DNA of 61,719 nucleotides from a virus (lineage: Duplodnaviria; Caudoviricetes): positions 1-61,719 of IMG/VR virus record IMGVR_UViG_3300045999_005102. The stretch is one strand, 5' to 3'. Below the pieces are notes generated by a model, which saw only the letters and a list, made by a program, of their open reading frames with translations, made no database searches and had not been told where the DNA came from. The position numbers were made by a program, and so were the translations under genes. The number at the start of each line of letters is the position of its first letter. Positions within the stretch are counted from its first letter, which is position 1. Shown here in pieces: positions 42,751-53,313 of this stretch.

Positions 42751-43058
42751 TCCTTGGAACCTTCATCAAGCAGCCGGCTGAAAACCTGGACTACGACATC
42801 GACTTCTCGGAGTTCCTGTCGGCTGGAGACACCTTGCAGTTCACCGGCTCGCCGCCAGTGCCAAGCCCATTGTCGGTGACCGTCGCGCCATCAGGGATCA
42901 CCCTCGGACCGACCTTCGTCATCAACAACGGCACCGGCATCAAGCAGTGGCTGTCGGGAGGCACCAACGGCGTGCGCTACAAGGTGACGCTGACCGCAAC
43001 CACCAACGGCGGCCGGATCAAACAAGTCGAGTTCGTGGTTCGCGTGAAGGACGAGTGA
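42747..43058 (+). CDS. Fibre-adaptor-like small protein
   Basis: KQPAE.LDYDIDFSEFL and WLSGGT.G..YKVT. Confidence 0.65.
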   Translation: MILGTFIKQPAENLDYDIDFSEFLSAGDTLQFTGSPPVPSPLSVTVAPSGITLGPTFVINNGTGIKQWLSGGTNGVRYKVTLTATTNGGRIKQVEFVVRVKDE

Positions 43059-43059
43059 C

Positions 43060-46000
43060 ATGCCCACCTTGCTTTTCAAGAACAACGCGAGCACGACCCT
43101 GTCAGGGTCGATCAACAACACCCAGACGACTTTCACGGTTGGGAGTAGCTCAGGCTTTCCTACGATTTCCGGGTCGGACTACTTCTACGCCACGATGTAC
43201 GAGGTCTCGGCAACTGTCGAGATCAACATCGAAATCGTCAAGGTCACCGCAGTCGCCGGCAGCACTTGGACCGTCGTGCGCGCTCAGGATGGCACCACCG
43301 CTCGAAGCCGCAATGGCATCACAAACTGCTTCGTCGAACTGCGCTGGACAGCGGCCTCCGGCGAGTTGATGGTGCAGCGGGACAACAATCTGTCCGACCT
43401 TGCCAACGCAGCCACGGCGCGGACCAACCTGGGGCTGGGCTCAATAGCCACTCAGTCGGCCGCCTCAGTTGCGATCACCGGCGGCACGATTTCGGGCGTG
43501 ACGTTGACCTCGCTCGACGCCACCACCACGATCCAGGACAACACCGACCCGACCAAGCAGTTCCGTTTCGAGGCCTCGGGCATTACCGCTGGCGCCACGC
43601 GAGTGCTGACCGTGCCCGACGCCGACGGCACGATCGTCACCACCGCCGCCGTGGCTGCGGCATACCAGCCGCTCGATGCCGAACTGACCGCCATCGCCGG
43701 GTTGTCAAGCAACGGCCTGATTGCCCGCACCAGCGCAACCACCGCGGCTGCGCGCACGCTCACGGCTCCCGCTGCAGGCTTTACCATCACCGACGGCAAC
43801 GGCGTGGCAGGCAACCCCACGTTTGTGCTGGCTAACGATCTGGCCGCGGCCGAGGCCATTAACACCACCGGCTTCGTGCGCCGCACGGCCACCGACACCT
43901 GGAGCGCATCGGCGATCGTCGATGGCGACCTGCCGGCCGCGCTCACCGGCAAGACCTACAACGGCCTCACGCCAACCGCGCTGGCAACCGGCTTCTCCGT
44001 GGCCGGTGGGACCACCAGCAAGACCCTCACGGTCAGCAACAGCATGACCCTGGCGGGCACCGACGGCACGACCATCACGCTGCCGGCCACCAGCGGCACG
44101 CTGCCCCTGAACAACCAGACGTTCTTCATCGGCACGTCCTCGATCGCCATCAACCGCACCAGCGGCTCGATGTCGCTGACCGGCGTCAACATCGACGGCT
44201 CTGCCGGCTCTGCGACCAGCGCCACCAGCGCCACGACCGCCACCAACCTCGCGTCTGGCGTCCTGGGCTCACTGCCCTACCAGTCGGCGGCGGCCACCAC
44301 TGCCCTGCTGGCCCCCAACACCAGCACCACGCGCAACTTCCTGCGCATGACGGGCACTGGCACGGTTGGAGCGGCCCCGGCCTGGGACACGGTCACCAAG
44401 ACCGATGTCGGACTTGCCAACGTCGAGAACACGGCGCTGTCAACCTGGACGGGCTCGGCCAACATCACGACGCTGGGCACCATTGCCACCGGCACCTGGA
44501 GCGCCAGCACCATCGCCATCGCCCGGGGCGGCACGGGGGCTACGACGGCCGTGGCGGCGTTCGACGCGCTGTCCCCTGCCACCACCCTGGGCGACCTGAT
44601 CTACAGCGATGGCACGGACAACGTCCGATTGGCCGGCAACACGGTGGCAGGGCGCCGCTTCCTGCGCCAGACCGGCAACGGCACGATCTCGGCGGCGCCG
44701 TCCTGGGACAGCCTGCAAGACGGCGATGTGCCCTCGGCGCTCACCGGCAAGACCTACAACGCCCTGACGCTCACCGCTGCGGCCACCGGCTTCACAGTGG
44801 CGGGCGGCACAACGTCCAAGACGCTCACGGTCAGCAACACGCTGACCCTGGCCGGCACCGACGCCAGCACGTTGAACGTCGGCGCGGGCGGCACCCTCGG
44901 CTCGGCAGCGTTCACCGCCAGCACGGCCTACGCTCCCGCTGCCGGGTCCGCCAGCATCGTGACGGTGGGCGTGGTCACGTCCGGGACGTGGCAGGGCAGC
45001 GCCATTGGCATCAGTTCCGGCGGCACTGGCGCCACTACCAAGGCGGCAGGCTTCAACGCCCTGTCGCCGGTCACGACCCTGGGTGACCTCATCTACGGCG
45101 ACGGCGCCAACAGCAACACCCGGTTGGCCGGCAACACCGCTGCGGCCAAGCGGTTCTTGACCCAGACGGGCAACGGCACGGTGTCGGCGGCGCCTGGGTG
45201 GAATGCCATCGTGGACGGAGACGTGCCCTCGGCCCTGACCGGCAAGACCTACAACGGTCTCACGCTGACGGCCAATGCCACCGGGTTCTCGGTGGCGGGC
45301 GGCACGACGTCGAAGACGCTCCAGGTCAACAACAACATCACGCTGGCCGGCACGGACGGCTCGACGCTGAACATCGGCGGCGGCGGCACCTTGGGCAGTG
45401 CGGCTTACACCGCGTCTTCGGCTTATGAGCCCGCGATCACGACGCTGTCCGTCGCCAAGGGCGGAACCGGCTCAGGCACGGCGTCTGGGGCCAGAACAAA
45501 CCTGCTGGCTGCTGAGTCTTCGCAGCAAACCGGCGCCGCATACGACTTCAACAACTACCGCCCAAGCACTCCGGGGCTCCAGCGCATCGTCTGGAACACT
45601 GGTGACGCAGCGATAGCCAACGGCCCGAATGGAAATGCCACGGGTTTCGTTCTTGCCTCCCAGGGCTCTCACGACCTCTGGAATGCCCAGATGTTCTTTG
45701 AGCAGGGGCAGACCGGCGATCTCTGGATTCGCGGGTCAAATGACAGCGGCGGGACCCGCGTGTGGGGAAGCTGGCGCAGGGTGCTCAACACCAGCAGCGT
45801 GTTGACCGGCTACGCCAGTGGCGCCAACTCTGCCCTGGCGGCAACCGACACGATCCTGGGTGCCTTTGGCAAGGTTCAGGGGCAGTTGGACGCCAAGGCT
45901 CCCCTGGCATCGCCTACGCTCACCGGCACTCCGGCTGCGCCCACGGCAGCAGCGGACACCAACACGACGCAACTGGCTACGACGGCGTTTGTGGTGGGTC

Positions 46001-47535
46001 AGGCTTCATCCGCGACTCCGGGGATGAGCGGCACGGCGGCCGTAGGCACGTCGCTGCGCTACGCCAGGGGCGACCACATCCACCCCACGGACACGTCGCG
46101 TGCGCCGATTGCCTCGCCGACGTTCACGGGCACTCCGGCGGCACCGACTGCGGCGGCCAACACCAACACCACGCAGATCGCCACGACAGCGTTCGTGCTC
46201 GGCCAGGGCAACTCGACGGCGGGCACCATCGCCATGAACGGCACCCAGGCGGCGGGTTTGTCAAACCTGTACGCCAGGGCGGACCACGTTCACCCGACAG
46301 ACACGTCTCGCGCCCCGTTGGCAAGCCCGAGCTTCACGGGGAACGTGGCTACCACGGGCACTGTCACGGCTCGGGGCACGATTGCGATGCAGTCGAGCAG
46401 CATCGGGGGCAACCCAACGATATTCAGTGTGCAGGACCAATCCGGCGCCACCTTCATTGAGTGGGGCAGAACAGACGGCACGGCCAGCTCCTCTGGCATC
46501 GACTTCCACACCGGGGCTACCTCTACCGACTACGACTCCCGCATTATCGCCAGCGGCGGCACGGGCTCGATTGGCGGCGGCACGCTGCAATTCCTGGCTG
46601 CGAGCGTCCTTGCGCCCACGGCGGCAGTCGATACCAACAACACTCAGATCGCTACGACGGCTTACGTCATCGGTCAGGCATCGGCCACCACCCCGGTCAT
46701 GAACGGTACGGCAGCGGTCGGAACCTCGGCGCGCTACGCCCGCGCTGACCACGTCCACGCCTCCGACACGTCGCGCGCCGCGCTGGCGGGGTCCAACACC
46801 TTCACAAACAACCAGACCATCACTGGCACCAGCGCGGGTGCGCTGCTCCAGGTGACGCAGTCAGGCGCGGGGCCGGCGGCGACATTCGGCGGGAGCCTGA
46901 CCTTCAGCGGCACGGCCCGCCGCATCATCGCCGACTTTGACAACGGCACCCTGGCGAACCGGCTGGCCTTCCAGACCAGCACGACCAACGGCACCACGGC
47001 TGTCCAGGCCATCGCCAACGGCTCGGGTGCAGCGTCGTACTACGTCGCCTTCGCCGGCTCCGACCCGGCCAATTCCGCCTATGGCTGGCTGTCGGCCACC
47101 ACGACCGGGGTGGACATCTACTCCGACAAGACCGGCACTGGCACGGTTCAGCCGATTCGTCTGCTCACGGGCGGGTCTGTGCGGACAACGGTCGGCGCCC
47201 TGGGGGGATTCGATCTCTCCACCGGCCTGCGTGAGGCCCGCGTGACGATGGGCGCCAGCGATATCGACGTGCGCTCCGGCAACTACTTCACCCGCACCAT
47301 CAGCGGCGCGACCACGCTCACGGTCAGCAACGTGCCGGCCAGCGGCACGGCGGCGAGCTTCATCCTCGACCTCACCAATGGTGGCAGTGCGGTAATCACA
47401 TGGTGGGCCAACGTGAAGTGGGCCGGGGGCATATCGCCAGCGCTCACGGCGGCAGGTCGTGATGTCTTGGGCTTCTTCACGCACGACGCTGGCAACACCT
47501 GGAGCGGACTGCTATTGGCAAAGGACATCAAATGA
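43060..47535 (+). CDS. Long tail fibre with modular internal repeats
   Basis: NNASTTL, EIV.VTA, VVRAQDGT, NNLSDLAN..TARTNLGLG, SPT.TGTP.APT, ARADH.HP and a C-terminal VKWAGG..P.LT..G.D. Confidence 0.9.
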   Translation: MPTLLFKNNASTTLSGSINNTQTTFTVGSSSGFPTISGSDYFYATMYEVSATVEINIEIVKVTAVAGSTWTVVRAQDGTTARSRNGITNCFVELRWTAASGELMVQRDNNLSDLANAATARTNLGLGSIATQSAASVAITGGTISGVTLTSLDATTTIQDNTDPTKQFRFEASGITAGATRVLTVPDADGTIVTTAAVAAAYQPLDAELTAIAGLSSNGLIARTSATTAAARTLTAPAAGFTITDGNGVAGNPTFVLANDLAAAEAINTTGFVRRTATDTWSASAIVDGDLPAALTGKTYNGLTPTALATGFSVAGGTTSKTLTVSNSMTLAGTDGTTITLPATSGTLPLNNQTFFIGTSSIAINRTSGSMSLTGVNIDGSAGSATSATSATTATNLASGVLGSLPYQSAAATTALLAPNTSTTRNFLRMTGTGTVGAAPAWDTVTKTDVGLANVENTALSTWTGSANITTLGTIATGTWSASTIAIARGGTGATTAVAAFDALSPATTLGDLIYSDGTDNVRLAGNTVAGRRFLRQTGNGTISAAPSWDSLQDGDVPSALTGKTYNALTLTAAATGFTVAGGTTSKTLTVSNTLTLAGTDASTLNVGAGGTLGSAAFTASTAYAPAAGSASIVTVGVVTSGTWQGSAIGISSGGTGATTKAAGFNALSPVTTLGDLIYGDGANSNTRLAGNTAAAKRFLTQTGNGTVSAAPGWNAIVDGDVPSALTGKTYNGLTLTANATGFSVAGGTTSKTLQVNNNITLAGTDGSTLNIGGGGTLGSAAYTASSAYEPAITTLSVAKGGTGSGTASGARTNLLAAESSQQTGAAYDFNNYRPSTPGLQRIVWNTGDAAIANGPNGNATGFVLASQGSHDLWNAQMFFEQGQTGDLWIRGSNDSGGTRVWGSWRRVLNTSSVLTGYASGANSALAATDTILGAFGKVQGQLDAKAPLASPTLTGTPAAPTAAADTNTTQLATTAFVVGQASSATPGMSGTAAVGTSLRYARGDHIHPTDTSRAPIASPTFTGTPAAPTAAANTNTTQIATTAFVLGQGNSTAGTIAMNGTQAAGLSNLYARADHVHPTDTSRAPLASPSFTGNVATTGTVTARGTIAMQSSSIGGNPTIFSVQDQSGATFIEWGRTDGTASSSGIDFHTGATSTDYDSRIIASGGTGSIGGGTLQFLAASVLAPTAAVDTNNTQIATTAYVIGQASATTPVMNGTAAVGTSARYARADHVHASDTSRAALAGSNTFTNNQTITGTSAGALLQVTQSGAGPAATFGGSLTFSGTARRIIADFDNGTLANRLAFQTSTTNGTTAVQAIANGSGAASYYVAFAGSDPANSAYGWLSATTTGVDIYSDKTGTGTVQPIRLLTGGSVRTTVGALGGFDLSTGLREARVTMGASDIDVRSGNYFTRTISGATTLTVSNVPASGTAASFILDLTNGGSAVITWWANVKWAGGISPALTAAGRDVLGFFTHDAGNTWSGLLLAKDIK

Positions 47536-48293
47536 GCGCCAAAAACATTTTGATGGCTGCGGCAGGTGCGGTGAACCCGACTTTGCCGGCAATTGCAGTA
47601 GCCCACAGTACTTCACCCTTTATCACTGCATACCCTTGGTCCGGTTCGGGGTTCGGAACCAAATACGCAAACCCCAGTACGACTCCTTCGAGTACTGGTA
47701 ATAGCGTAGCCTTCAGTCCAGATGGATCTGTTCTTGCAGTAGCTCACAATTCTTCACCCAACATTACTGCATACCCTTGGTCTGGTTCGGGGTTCGGAAC
47801 CAAATACGCAAACCCCAGTACGCTGCCTGCCGGCGACGGCAATGGCGTAGCTTTTAGCCCAAATGGATCTGACATTGCAGTAGCCCACAGTACTTCACCC
47901 TTTATCACTGCATACCCTTGGTCTGGCTCAGGCTTTGGAACCAAATATGCAGACCCCAGTACGCTGCCTGCCAGCACGGGCCGTAGCGTAGCTTTCAGCC
48001 CCAACGGCTCAGCAATTGCAGTAGCTCACTTTACTTCACCCTTTATCACTGCATACCCTTGGTCTGGTTCGGGGTTCGGAACCAAATACGCAAACCCCAG
48101 TACGCTGCCTCCAAACAGCGGCCGTGGCGTAGCTTTCAGCCCCAACAGCTCAGCAATTGCAGTAGCCCACAGTACTTCACCCTTTATCACTGCATACCCT
48201 TGGTCTGGCTCAGGCTTTGGAACCAAATATGCAGACCCCAGTACGCTGCCTGCCAGCGACGGCCGTGGCGTGGCATTCAATACACTGACCTAA
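47532..48293 (+). CDS. WD40-like beta-propeller protein with five 47-aa repeats
   Basis: Repeat IAVAHSTSPFITAYPWSGSGFGTKYANPSTLP...VAFSP.GS. Confidence 0.85.
   Translation: MSAKNILMAAAGAVNPTLPAIAVAHSTSPFITAYPWSGSGFGTKYANPSTTPSSTGNSVAFSPDGSVLAVAHNSSPNITAYPWSGSGFGTKYANPSTLPAGDGNGVAFSPNGSDIAVAHSTSPFITAYPWSGSGFGTKYADPSTLPASTGRSVAFSPNGSAIAVAHFTSPFITAYPWSGSGFGTKYANPSTLPPNSGRGVAFSPNSSAIAVAHSTSPFITAYPWSGSGFGTKYADPSTLPASDGRGVAFNTLT
47589..48280 (+). repeat. Five near-identical 141-bp tandem repeats
   Basis: Direct inspection; register 47595 to 47736 and onward. Confidence 0.95.
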
Positions 48294-48303
48294 AGAAAAC
48301 CAA

Positions 48304-48552
48304 ATGGAAATTCAAACACGCAAGGAAATCATCGCCGCAGCCTTCGGGGCTCGACAGCAGGAGGTGATGCACTACCAGATCAACATCGACAACTACACAT
48401 TGGCTCTAGCGGAAATCCGCAAGTTGCCTGACGCAGAGCAGAGCGAGTTGCAGTCTTTTGCTGACCAGTTGCGCGGCCTGCTGGCTTCGGAAAAGCTGGA
48501 GCAGAAAAAAGCCAAGATTATGTTGAAAGTGGTCAAGCAGCAGTTGGAGTAA
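48304..48552 (+). CDS. Small helical hypothetical protein
   Basis: EVMHYQINIDNY..A; follows the propeller gene. Confidence 0.7.
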   Translation: MEIQTRKEIIAAAFGARQQEVMHYQINIDNYTLALAEIRKLPDAEQSELQSFADQLRGLLASEKLEQKKAKIMLKVVKQQLE

Positions 48553-48555
48553 AGC

Positions 48556-49104
48556 ATGTTTGCACTCATCGAGAACGACGCTGTGTCTCAGTATCCGTAC
48601 ACGGTTACGGACTTGCGCCTCGCCAATCCTGGCACCAGTTTTCCAAACACTCCTAGTGACGAAACGCTGGCTGACTTCGGGTTGTATCGCGTGGCACAGG
48701 TGGCCGTGCCGCAGGTTCAATCTGGGCAGGTGGCAGTCGAAGGCACGCCAGTGCTGGTGAGTGGGCAGTGGACGCAAGTGTGGACCTTGCGAGACAAGAC
48801 GCCCGGCGAGTTGGCCGCTGAAATGCAGGCTCTGAAAGCCGGCATCGTGCAAGCCACTCAAGACCGCCTGGACGCCTTCGCCCGCGAGCGTAGCTACGAC
48901 GACATCAAGAGCGCCAGCGACTACGCCGGATGCTCGGTGCCGCGCTTTGCGACTGAAGGGACGTACTGCCGGGACGCCAGGGCCGAAACCTGGGACGTGC
49001 TCTACACCATGCTGGCCGAGGTGCAGGCCGGCACGCGGCCTATGCCCAGCGGCTTTGCCGACATCGAGCCGGAACTTCCCGCGCTGGTGTGGCCCACCGT
49101 ATGA
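48556..49104 (+). CDS. Tail-fibre assembly/chaperone-like protein
   Basis: YPY...LR.ANP.TSFP, Q.RLDAFARER.YD.I.SA and ELPALVWP. Confidence 0.7.
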   Translation: MFALIENDAVSQYPYTVTDLRLANPGTSFPNTPSDETLADFGLYRVAQVAVPQVQSGQVAVEGTPVLVSGQWTQVWTLRDKTPGELAAEMQALKAGIVQATQDRLDAFARERSYDDIKSASDYAGCSVPRFATEGTYCRDARAETWDVLYTMLAEVQAGTRPMPSGFADIEPELPALVWPTV

Positions 49105-49133
49105 TTCGTTGTGACCTGTAGTTGAGGTGCGGT

Positions 49134-49373
49134 ATGAACGAGGAACAGATCGAAGCGATGTTGGAGCGAGCGGCCAAAAAGGGGGCGCGTGAGGCTCTGG
49201 AATCCATTGGCCTGCACGACGACTGCGCGGTCCATGACGTAACCGAACTTCGTGGCCTGCTGGACGCATGGCGTAGTGCCAAACGGACAATCTGGAAGAC
49301 GATCATGCAGGCGTTCACGATGGCCGCGTTGGGCGCCCTGGCGGCGGGCGCGTTCATTCATCTGAAAAAGTGA
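49134..49373 (+). CDS. DUF6127-like small membrane protein (possible second holin)
   Basis: AA..GAR.AL..IGL.D..A..DV.ELR.LLDAWR.AK followed by a C-terminal transmembrane helix. Confidence 0.65.
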   Translation: MNEEQIEAMLERAAKKGAREALESIGLHDDCAVHDVTELRGLLDAWRSAKRTIWKTIMQAFTMAALGALAAGAFIHLKK

Positions 49374-49399
49374 CGCGGCTGCAGCGTTGAGGCGTACTC

Positions 49400-51358
49400 A
49401 TGGCGGGCTACAAACTCCAGACATTCTCAGGAATCCGGCCGCGGTTGCCTGATTCCCGGCTGTCCGAGGGTGAAGCCTCGCTGGCCGAGAACTGTGACTT
49501 CGCTTACGGCGAACTGCGCAACACCAAGGGCGGGTTCTTGCTGCAGAGCCTGCAAAACGACGCCGGCTCGATCTACACCGAGGATGGCCTGTCGTTCTAC
49601 ACCTGGACGGGCGACGTCGATGCCGTGCGCTCGCCGCTGGCGAATGACAAGTTCAGCCGGATGTACTACACCGGCGACGGTGGCATGAAGGTGGCCAGCC
49701 GGCTTGGCACGCGCATCAACGGCGGCCCCCCGGGTTCGTCCTACGTCGTGGGGGTGCCGCGCCCAGGTACGGCCCCTGCGCTGTCCGTGTCGCAACTGGC
49801 ACTGACTACGGCCACGATGACCTTCACTCACCAGTTCCACTGGGAGTACGGTGGGGTCAAGTACCAAGAGCAGAACGTCACCCCCAACAGCGCGTCCTAC
49901 GGCGACAGCGTGACGCTGACCTTCTCCGACCCCCCGGCGCGGGCCGCGGACACGCCTGAAGCCGCCTATCCGGTGTACCGCGTCACGGCCAAAACCACGC
50001 AGACGCAGGTTCAGGTGTTCGACGTCTACACCGCCAACTCGTCGCTTGTTGCCGCCAATCAGGCCTATGTGGCCACGATAGGAGACACCGGGCAAGGCGC
50101 TGGCTACACCGTCAAGATCTCAGCCAACCAAGTCGAAGCGACTAAGGAGACGCGGGCCTACGTCTACACCTACGTCAACTCCTACGGCGAGGAAGGGCCG
50201 CCCAGCGACCCGGGAGTGATTACGCTGACCCCAGCGCAGACCGTCCAGGTGTCGGTGCAACGCGACTCGGTCGCACTCAACTACGCCCCGATCACCGAGA
50301 TCCGGGTGTACCGCACGCCCACGGGTTCTTCGATCGCTCAGTATTTCTACGTCGGCACCATCGTGACCGCGGGGGGGTCTGGCGTCTTCACGTTCGCCGA
50401 CAACGTGCGCGGGGAACAGTTGAACGAGCCGTTGTCGTCGTTCAACTACTACCCCCCTGACCCCGCCCTTCAGGGCCTGATGAGCCTGCCCAACGGCATC
50501 CTCGCAGCCTGGAAGGGCAACGAGTTGCACTTCAGCGAGGCCTACAAGCCCTGGGCGTGGCCACCTGGGTACGTCAAGACGCTGCCCAACGGAATCGTTG
50601 GTGGCATCGTCTACGGCGCCGGGGCGCTGGTCACGACCCGGGCCCAGCCCTACCTCGTCTCCGGGGTGTCGCCGGACTCGATGACAACCAGCAAGATCAA
50701 CGTCGATCAGGCCGGTGTCTCCAAGCGGTCGATTGCGGTGGTGGACGGGTCCGTGATCTACGCCAGCCACGACGGGCTGGTGGTGGTCTCAGGCGGCAGC
50801 GCCAGCCTCGCTCAGGGGCAAAAGTTCTTCACCCGCGACGTCTGGCGCCAGCGGTACGCTGCGGGCCTGTCTTCGATGCACTTCAGTTCTTGGGACGGCC
50901 GGCTGGTGGCGTTCTCGTCGGCGGGCACGTTTCGGCCGTTCATGATCCGGCTGGACGAGGCTGATGGCACGATGACAGAACTGCCGTCGTTTGTAGCCAA
51001 GTGCGCGTTCGTGAGCCAGTTGTCCGACCAGATGTACTACGCTCACGACAGCAAGATCTATCAGTTCAACGGCGGCAATGACCTGCAGACGACATGGGCC
51101 TCACGCGAGATCGTGATTCCCAGGCCGTGCAACTTCGGTATTGCGCAGACGCTGGTGGAAGGATCGTGGACCGTCGAGTTCTGGTCTTGGGGTGGCACCT
51201 GGGTCAAGCGTCACACCGAGACGCTGACCACCGGACAGCGCACATTCAGATTGCCATCAGGCTACGAGTCCGACCGCTACCAGATCAAGATCACCGGCCA
51301 AGGGCGCTTCCGTGAGTTGCGCGTGGCGCAGTCAGCGCGAGAACTCGCAACCATATGA
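49400..51358 (+). CDS. Tail nozzle/stabilisation-like protein
   Basis: F.G..PRL...L....A..A.N, RAYVYTYVN.YGEEG.PS, FSE.YKP.AWP and YAS.DGLV. Confidence 0.75.
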   Translation: MAGYKLQTFSGIRPRLPDSRLSEGEASLAENCDFAYGELRNTKGGFLLQSLQNDAGSIYTEDGLSFYTWTGDVDAVRSPLANDKFSRMYYTGDGGMKVASRLGTRINGGPPGSSYVVGVPRPGTAPALSVSQLALTTATMTFTHQFHWEYGGVKYQEQNVTPNSASYGDSVTLTFSDPPARAADTPEAAYPVYRVTAKTTQTQVQVFDVYTANSSLVAANQAYVATIGDTGQGAGYTVKISANQVEATKETRAYVYTYVNSYGEEGPPSDPGVITLTPAQTVQVSVQRDSVALNYAPITEIRVYRTPTGSSIAQYFYVGTIVTAGGSGVFTFADNVRGEQLNEPLSSFNYYPPDPALQGLMSLPNGILAAWKGNELHFSEAYKPWAWPPGYVKTLPNGIVGGIVYGAGALVTTRAQPYLVSGVSPDSMTTSKINVDQAGVSKRSIAVVDGSVIYASHDGLVVVSGGSASLAQGQKFFTRDVWRQRYAAGLSSMHFSSWDGRLVAFSSAGTFRPFMIRLDEADGTMTELPSFVAKCAFVSQLSDQMYYAHDSKIYQFNGGNDLQTTWASREIVIPRPCNFGIAQTLVEGSWTVEFWSWGGTWVKRHTETLTTGQRTFRLPSGYESDRYQIKITGQGRFRELRVAQSARELATI

Positions 51359-53313
51359 CCCAGTCCGTGCTGGGCGCATTTGCGCAGTTGAACAAGGGCG
51401 TGCCTGGGGTGCCTTTGCACTCGCTGGACGCCATCGCCGACGAGAACACACGGCAGGTTCTGCGCTCCATCGTTGACGGCTGGCATGTGCGCAACGGCTC
51501 GTCGGGGACCGGCGATCAGCGGTTCGTCACAGCGTCAGAACTGGGCAGCATCGAAGGCTCGATCAACGGCATCCGACGCACTCTCAACGCAGTCCAGAGC
51601 GAGACCAAGGACGCCATCAAGCCGGGGGACATCAGCAGGATCATCTACGACCTGCAGGTCTCCATCATGGAGTCCGCGCTGTTTAAGAAGTTGGGCGAGC
51701 GGATTGACTTGATCGACCTGGACTTGGTCGAGGAGCAGCAAGAGCGCATCGCGCAGGCGCAGGGGCTCGCCAACCAGATCCAGGGGGTGGCCAACAACCT
51801 TGCAGCTACCTCCAACGCCCTCGCTGCCGAGGCGGCCACGCGGCTCGGGTTCGACAACGTGCAGGGCTCCAAGATCGCGTCCCTGGAAACCACGACAGCC
51901 AATCAGGCAACTCAGATCTCCGGGCTGACGACCCGCGTAGGCGGCGCCGAGTCCACGATCATCAACCTGCAGACCACCACGGCCACGCAGGCACAGTCGC
52001 TGACCACCCTGACGACCAGGACCGCGAATTCGGAGTCGAACATCGTCAGCCTGCAGCAGACCACTGCGACACAGGCCACGCAACTCAACACCCTCAGCAC
52101 GCGGGCCGAATCCTCAGAGTCCAACATCACCAGCCTGCAGCAGACCAGCGCCACCCAGGCGCAGTCGCTGACGACCTTGACCACGCGGGTAGGAACCGCC
52201 GAGTCCAGCATCACGGCGCTGAACACGACGACGGCCACGCAGGCTACGCAACTCAACAGCCTGACGACGCGGACGACGACCGCAGAGTCAAACATCAGCA
52301 CGCTCAACACGACCACGGCGAACCAAGCCAATTCTCTGACCAGCCTGACCACAAGGGTCGCCAATTCAGAGGCGGCCATCACCTCGGAGCAGACGACGCG
52401 GGCCAACGCCGACAACGCGATTACGAGCAACGTCAACACTCAGGTGTCCAGGATCGACACCAACGTGGCGGCGATCCAGACGCAGACCACCACGCTGTCG
52501 AACAACTTTGCGTCTCTGAGCAGCCAGATCACGACCATCCAGGCCTCGATCGGCGCCAACAGCGTTGCCATCCAGCAAGAGGCCCAGGCCAGGGCGAACA
52601 AGGACGGGCTGCTCGACGCTCAGTACACGGTCAAGATCGACAACAACGGCTATGTGTCCGGGTTCGGACTGGCGAGCACGTCCAACAACTCGACGCCGTT
52701 CTCGGAGTTCATCTTCCGAGCCGATCGCTTCTCGATCGCCAGTCCGTCGGGGCCGTCCATCGCCCCGGCGATCCCCTTCATCGTCCTGACGACACCGCAA
52801 AGCGTCAACGGGCAAACACGTCCTGCTGGCGTCTACATCAAAGACGCCTTCCTGGGCAACGGCGTCATCGACAACGCCAAGATCGGCGACGCGGCGATCG
52901 ACACGCTGCAGTTGGCCGGTGAGGCGGTGACCATCCCGGTCTATGCGGAAGGATTCCTGTCTACCACCGTCACCTCGTCATGGAGCGCGGACATTGCATC
53001 TGCGTCTTTCACGGTGAATGGGCTTTCATCTTTCGGTCTTGCTCGTGTCGCGGTGACGGCTGCGCTGCAAGCCTACCCAACGGACGCTTCGGCGGCCAAT
53101 CTGGAGTTCGGCATCTTCGCCAGCGGGACTCTGAACACATCATCTACCTCGACAATCTCAGACTTCGGGATCTCGGTCACAACCATGGGTAGCTTCATGG
53201 TTCCCAACGGAACCCACACGGTCAGTCTGCGGGTCAGAATCGCTGATGGCGGCGCCTCAACCAAGGGGGCCAGCATGCTGGCTAGGTTCATCTCACTCAC
53301 GGCAAAACGATGA
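51355..53313 (+). CDS. Tail spike/fibre with 28-aa coiled-coil repeats and a DUF1983-like domain
   Basis: About six ES.I..L.TTTATQA..L..LTTR repeats; AQYTVKID.NGYVSGFGLAS and ADRFSI. Confidence 0.8.
   Translation: MTQSVLGAFAQLNKGVPGVPLHSLDAIADENTRQVLRSIVDGWHVRNGSSGTGDQRFVTASELGSIEGSINGIRRTLNAVQSETKDAIKPGDISRIIYDLQVSIMESALFKKLGERIDLIDLDLVEEQQERIAQAQGLANQIQGVANNLAATSNALAAEAATRLGFDNVQGSKIASLETTTANQATQISGLTTRVGGAESTIINLQTTTATQAQSLTTLTTRTANSESNIVSLQQTTATQATQLNTLSTRAESSESNITSLQQTSATQAQSLTTLTTRVGTAESSITALNTTTATQATQLNSLTTRTTTAESNISTLNTTTANQANSLTSLTTRVANSEAAITSEQTTRANADNAITSNVNTQVSRIDTNVAAIQTQTTTLSNNFASLSSQITTIQASIGANSVAIQQEAQARANKDGLLDAQYTVKIDNNGYVSGFGLASTSNNSTPFSEFIFRADRFSIASPSGPSIAPAIPFIVLTTPQSVNGQTRPAGVYIKDAFLGNGVIDNAKIGDAAIDTLQLAGEAVTIPVYAEGFLSTTVTSSWSADIASASFTVNGLSSFGLARVAVTAALQAYPTDASAANLEFGIFASGTLNTSSTSTISDFGISVTTMGSFMVPNGTHTVSLRVRIADGGASTKGASMLARFISLTAKR

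Noticed and set aside
47589-48280. CRISPR array or DGR template/variable repeat
   Set aside because: The units are contiguous in-frame coding repeats without unique spacers, differences are not adenine-specific, and no reverse transcriptase or cas operon is present.
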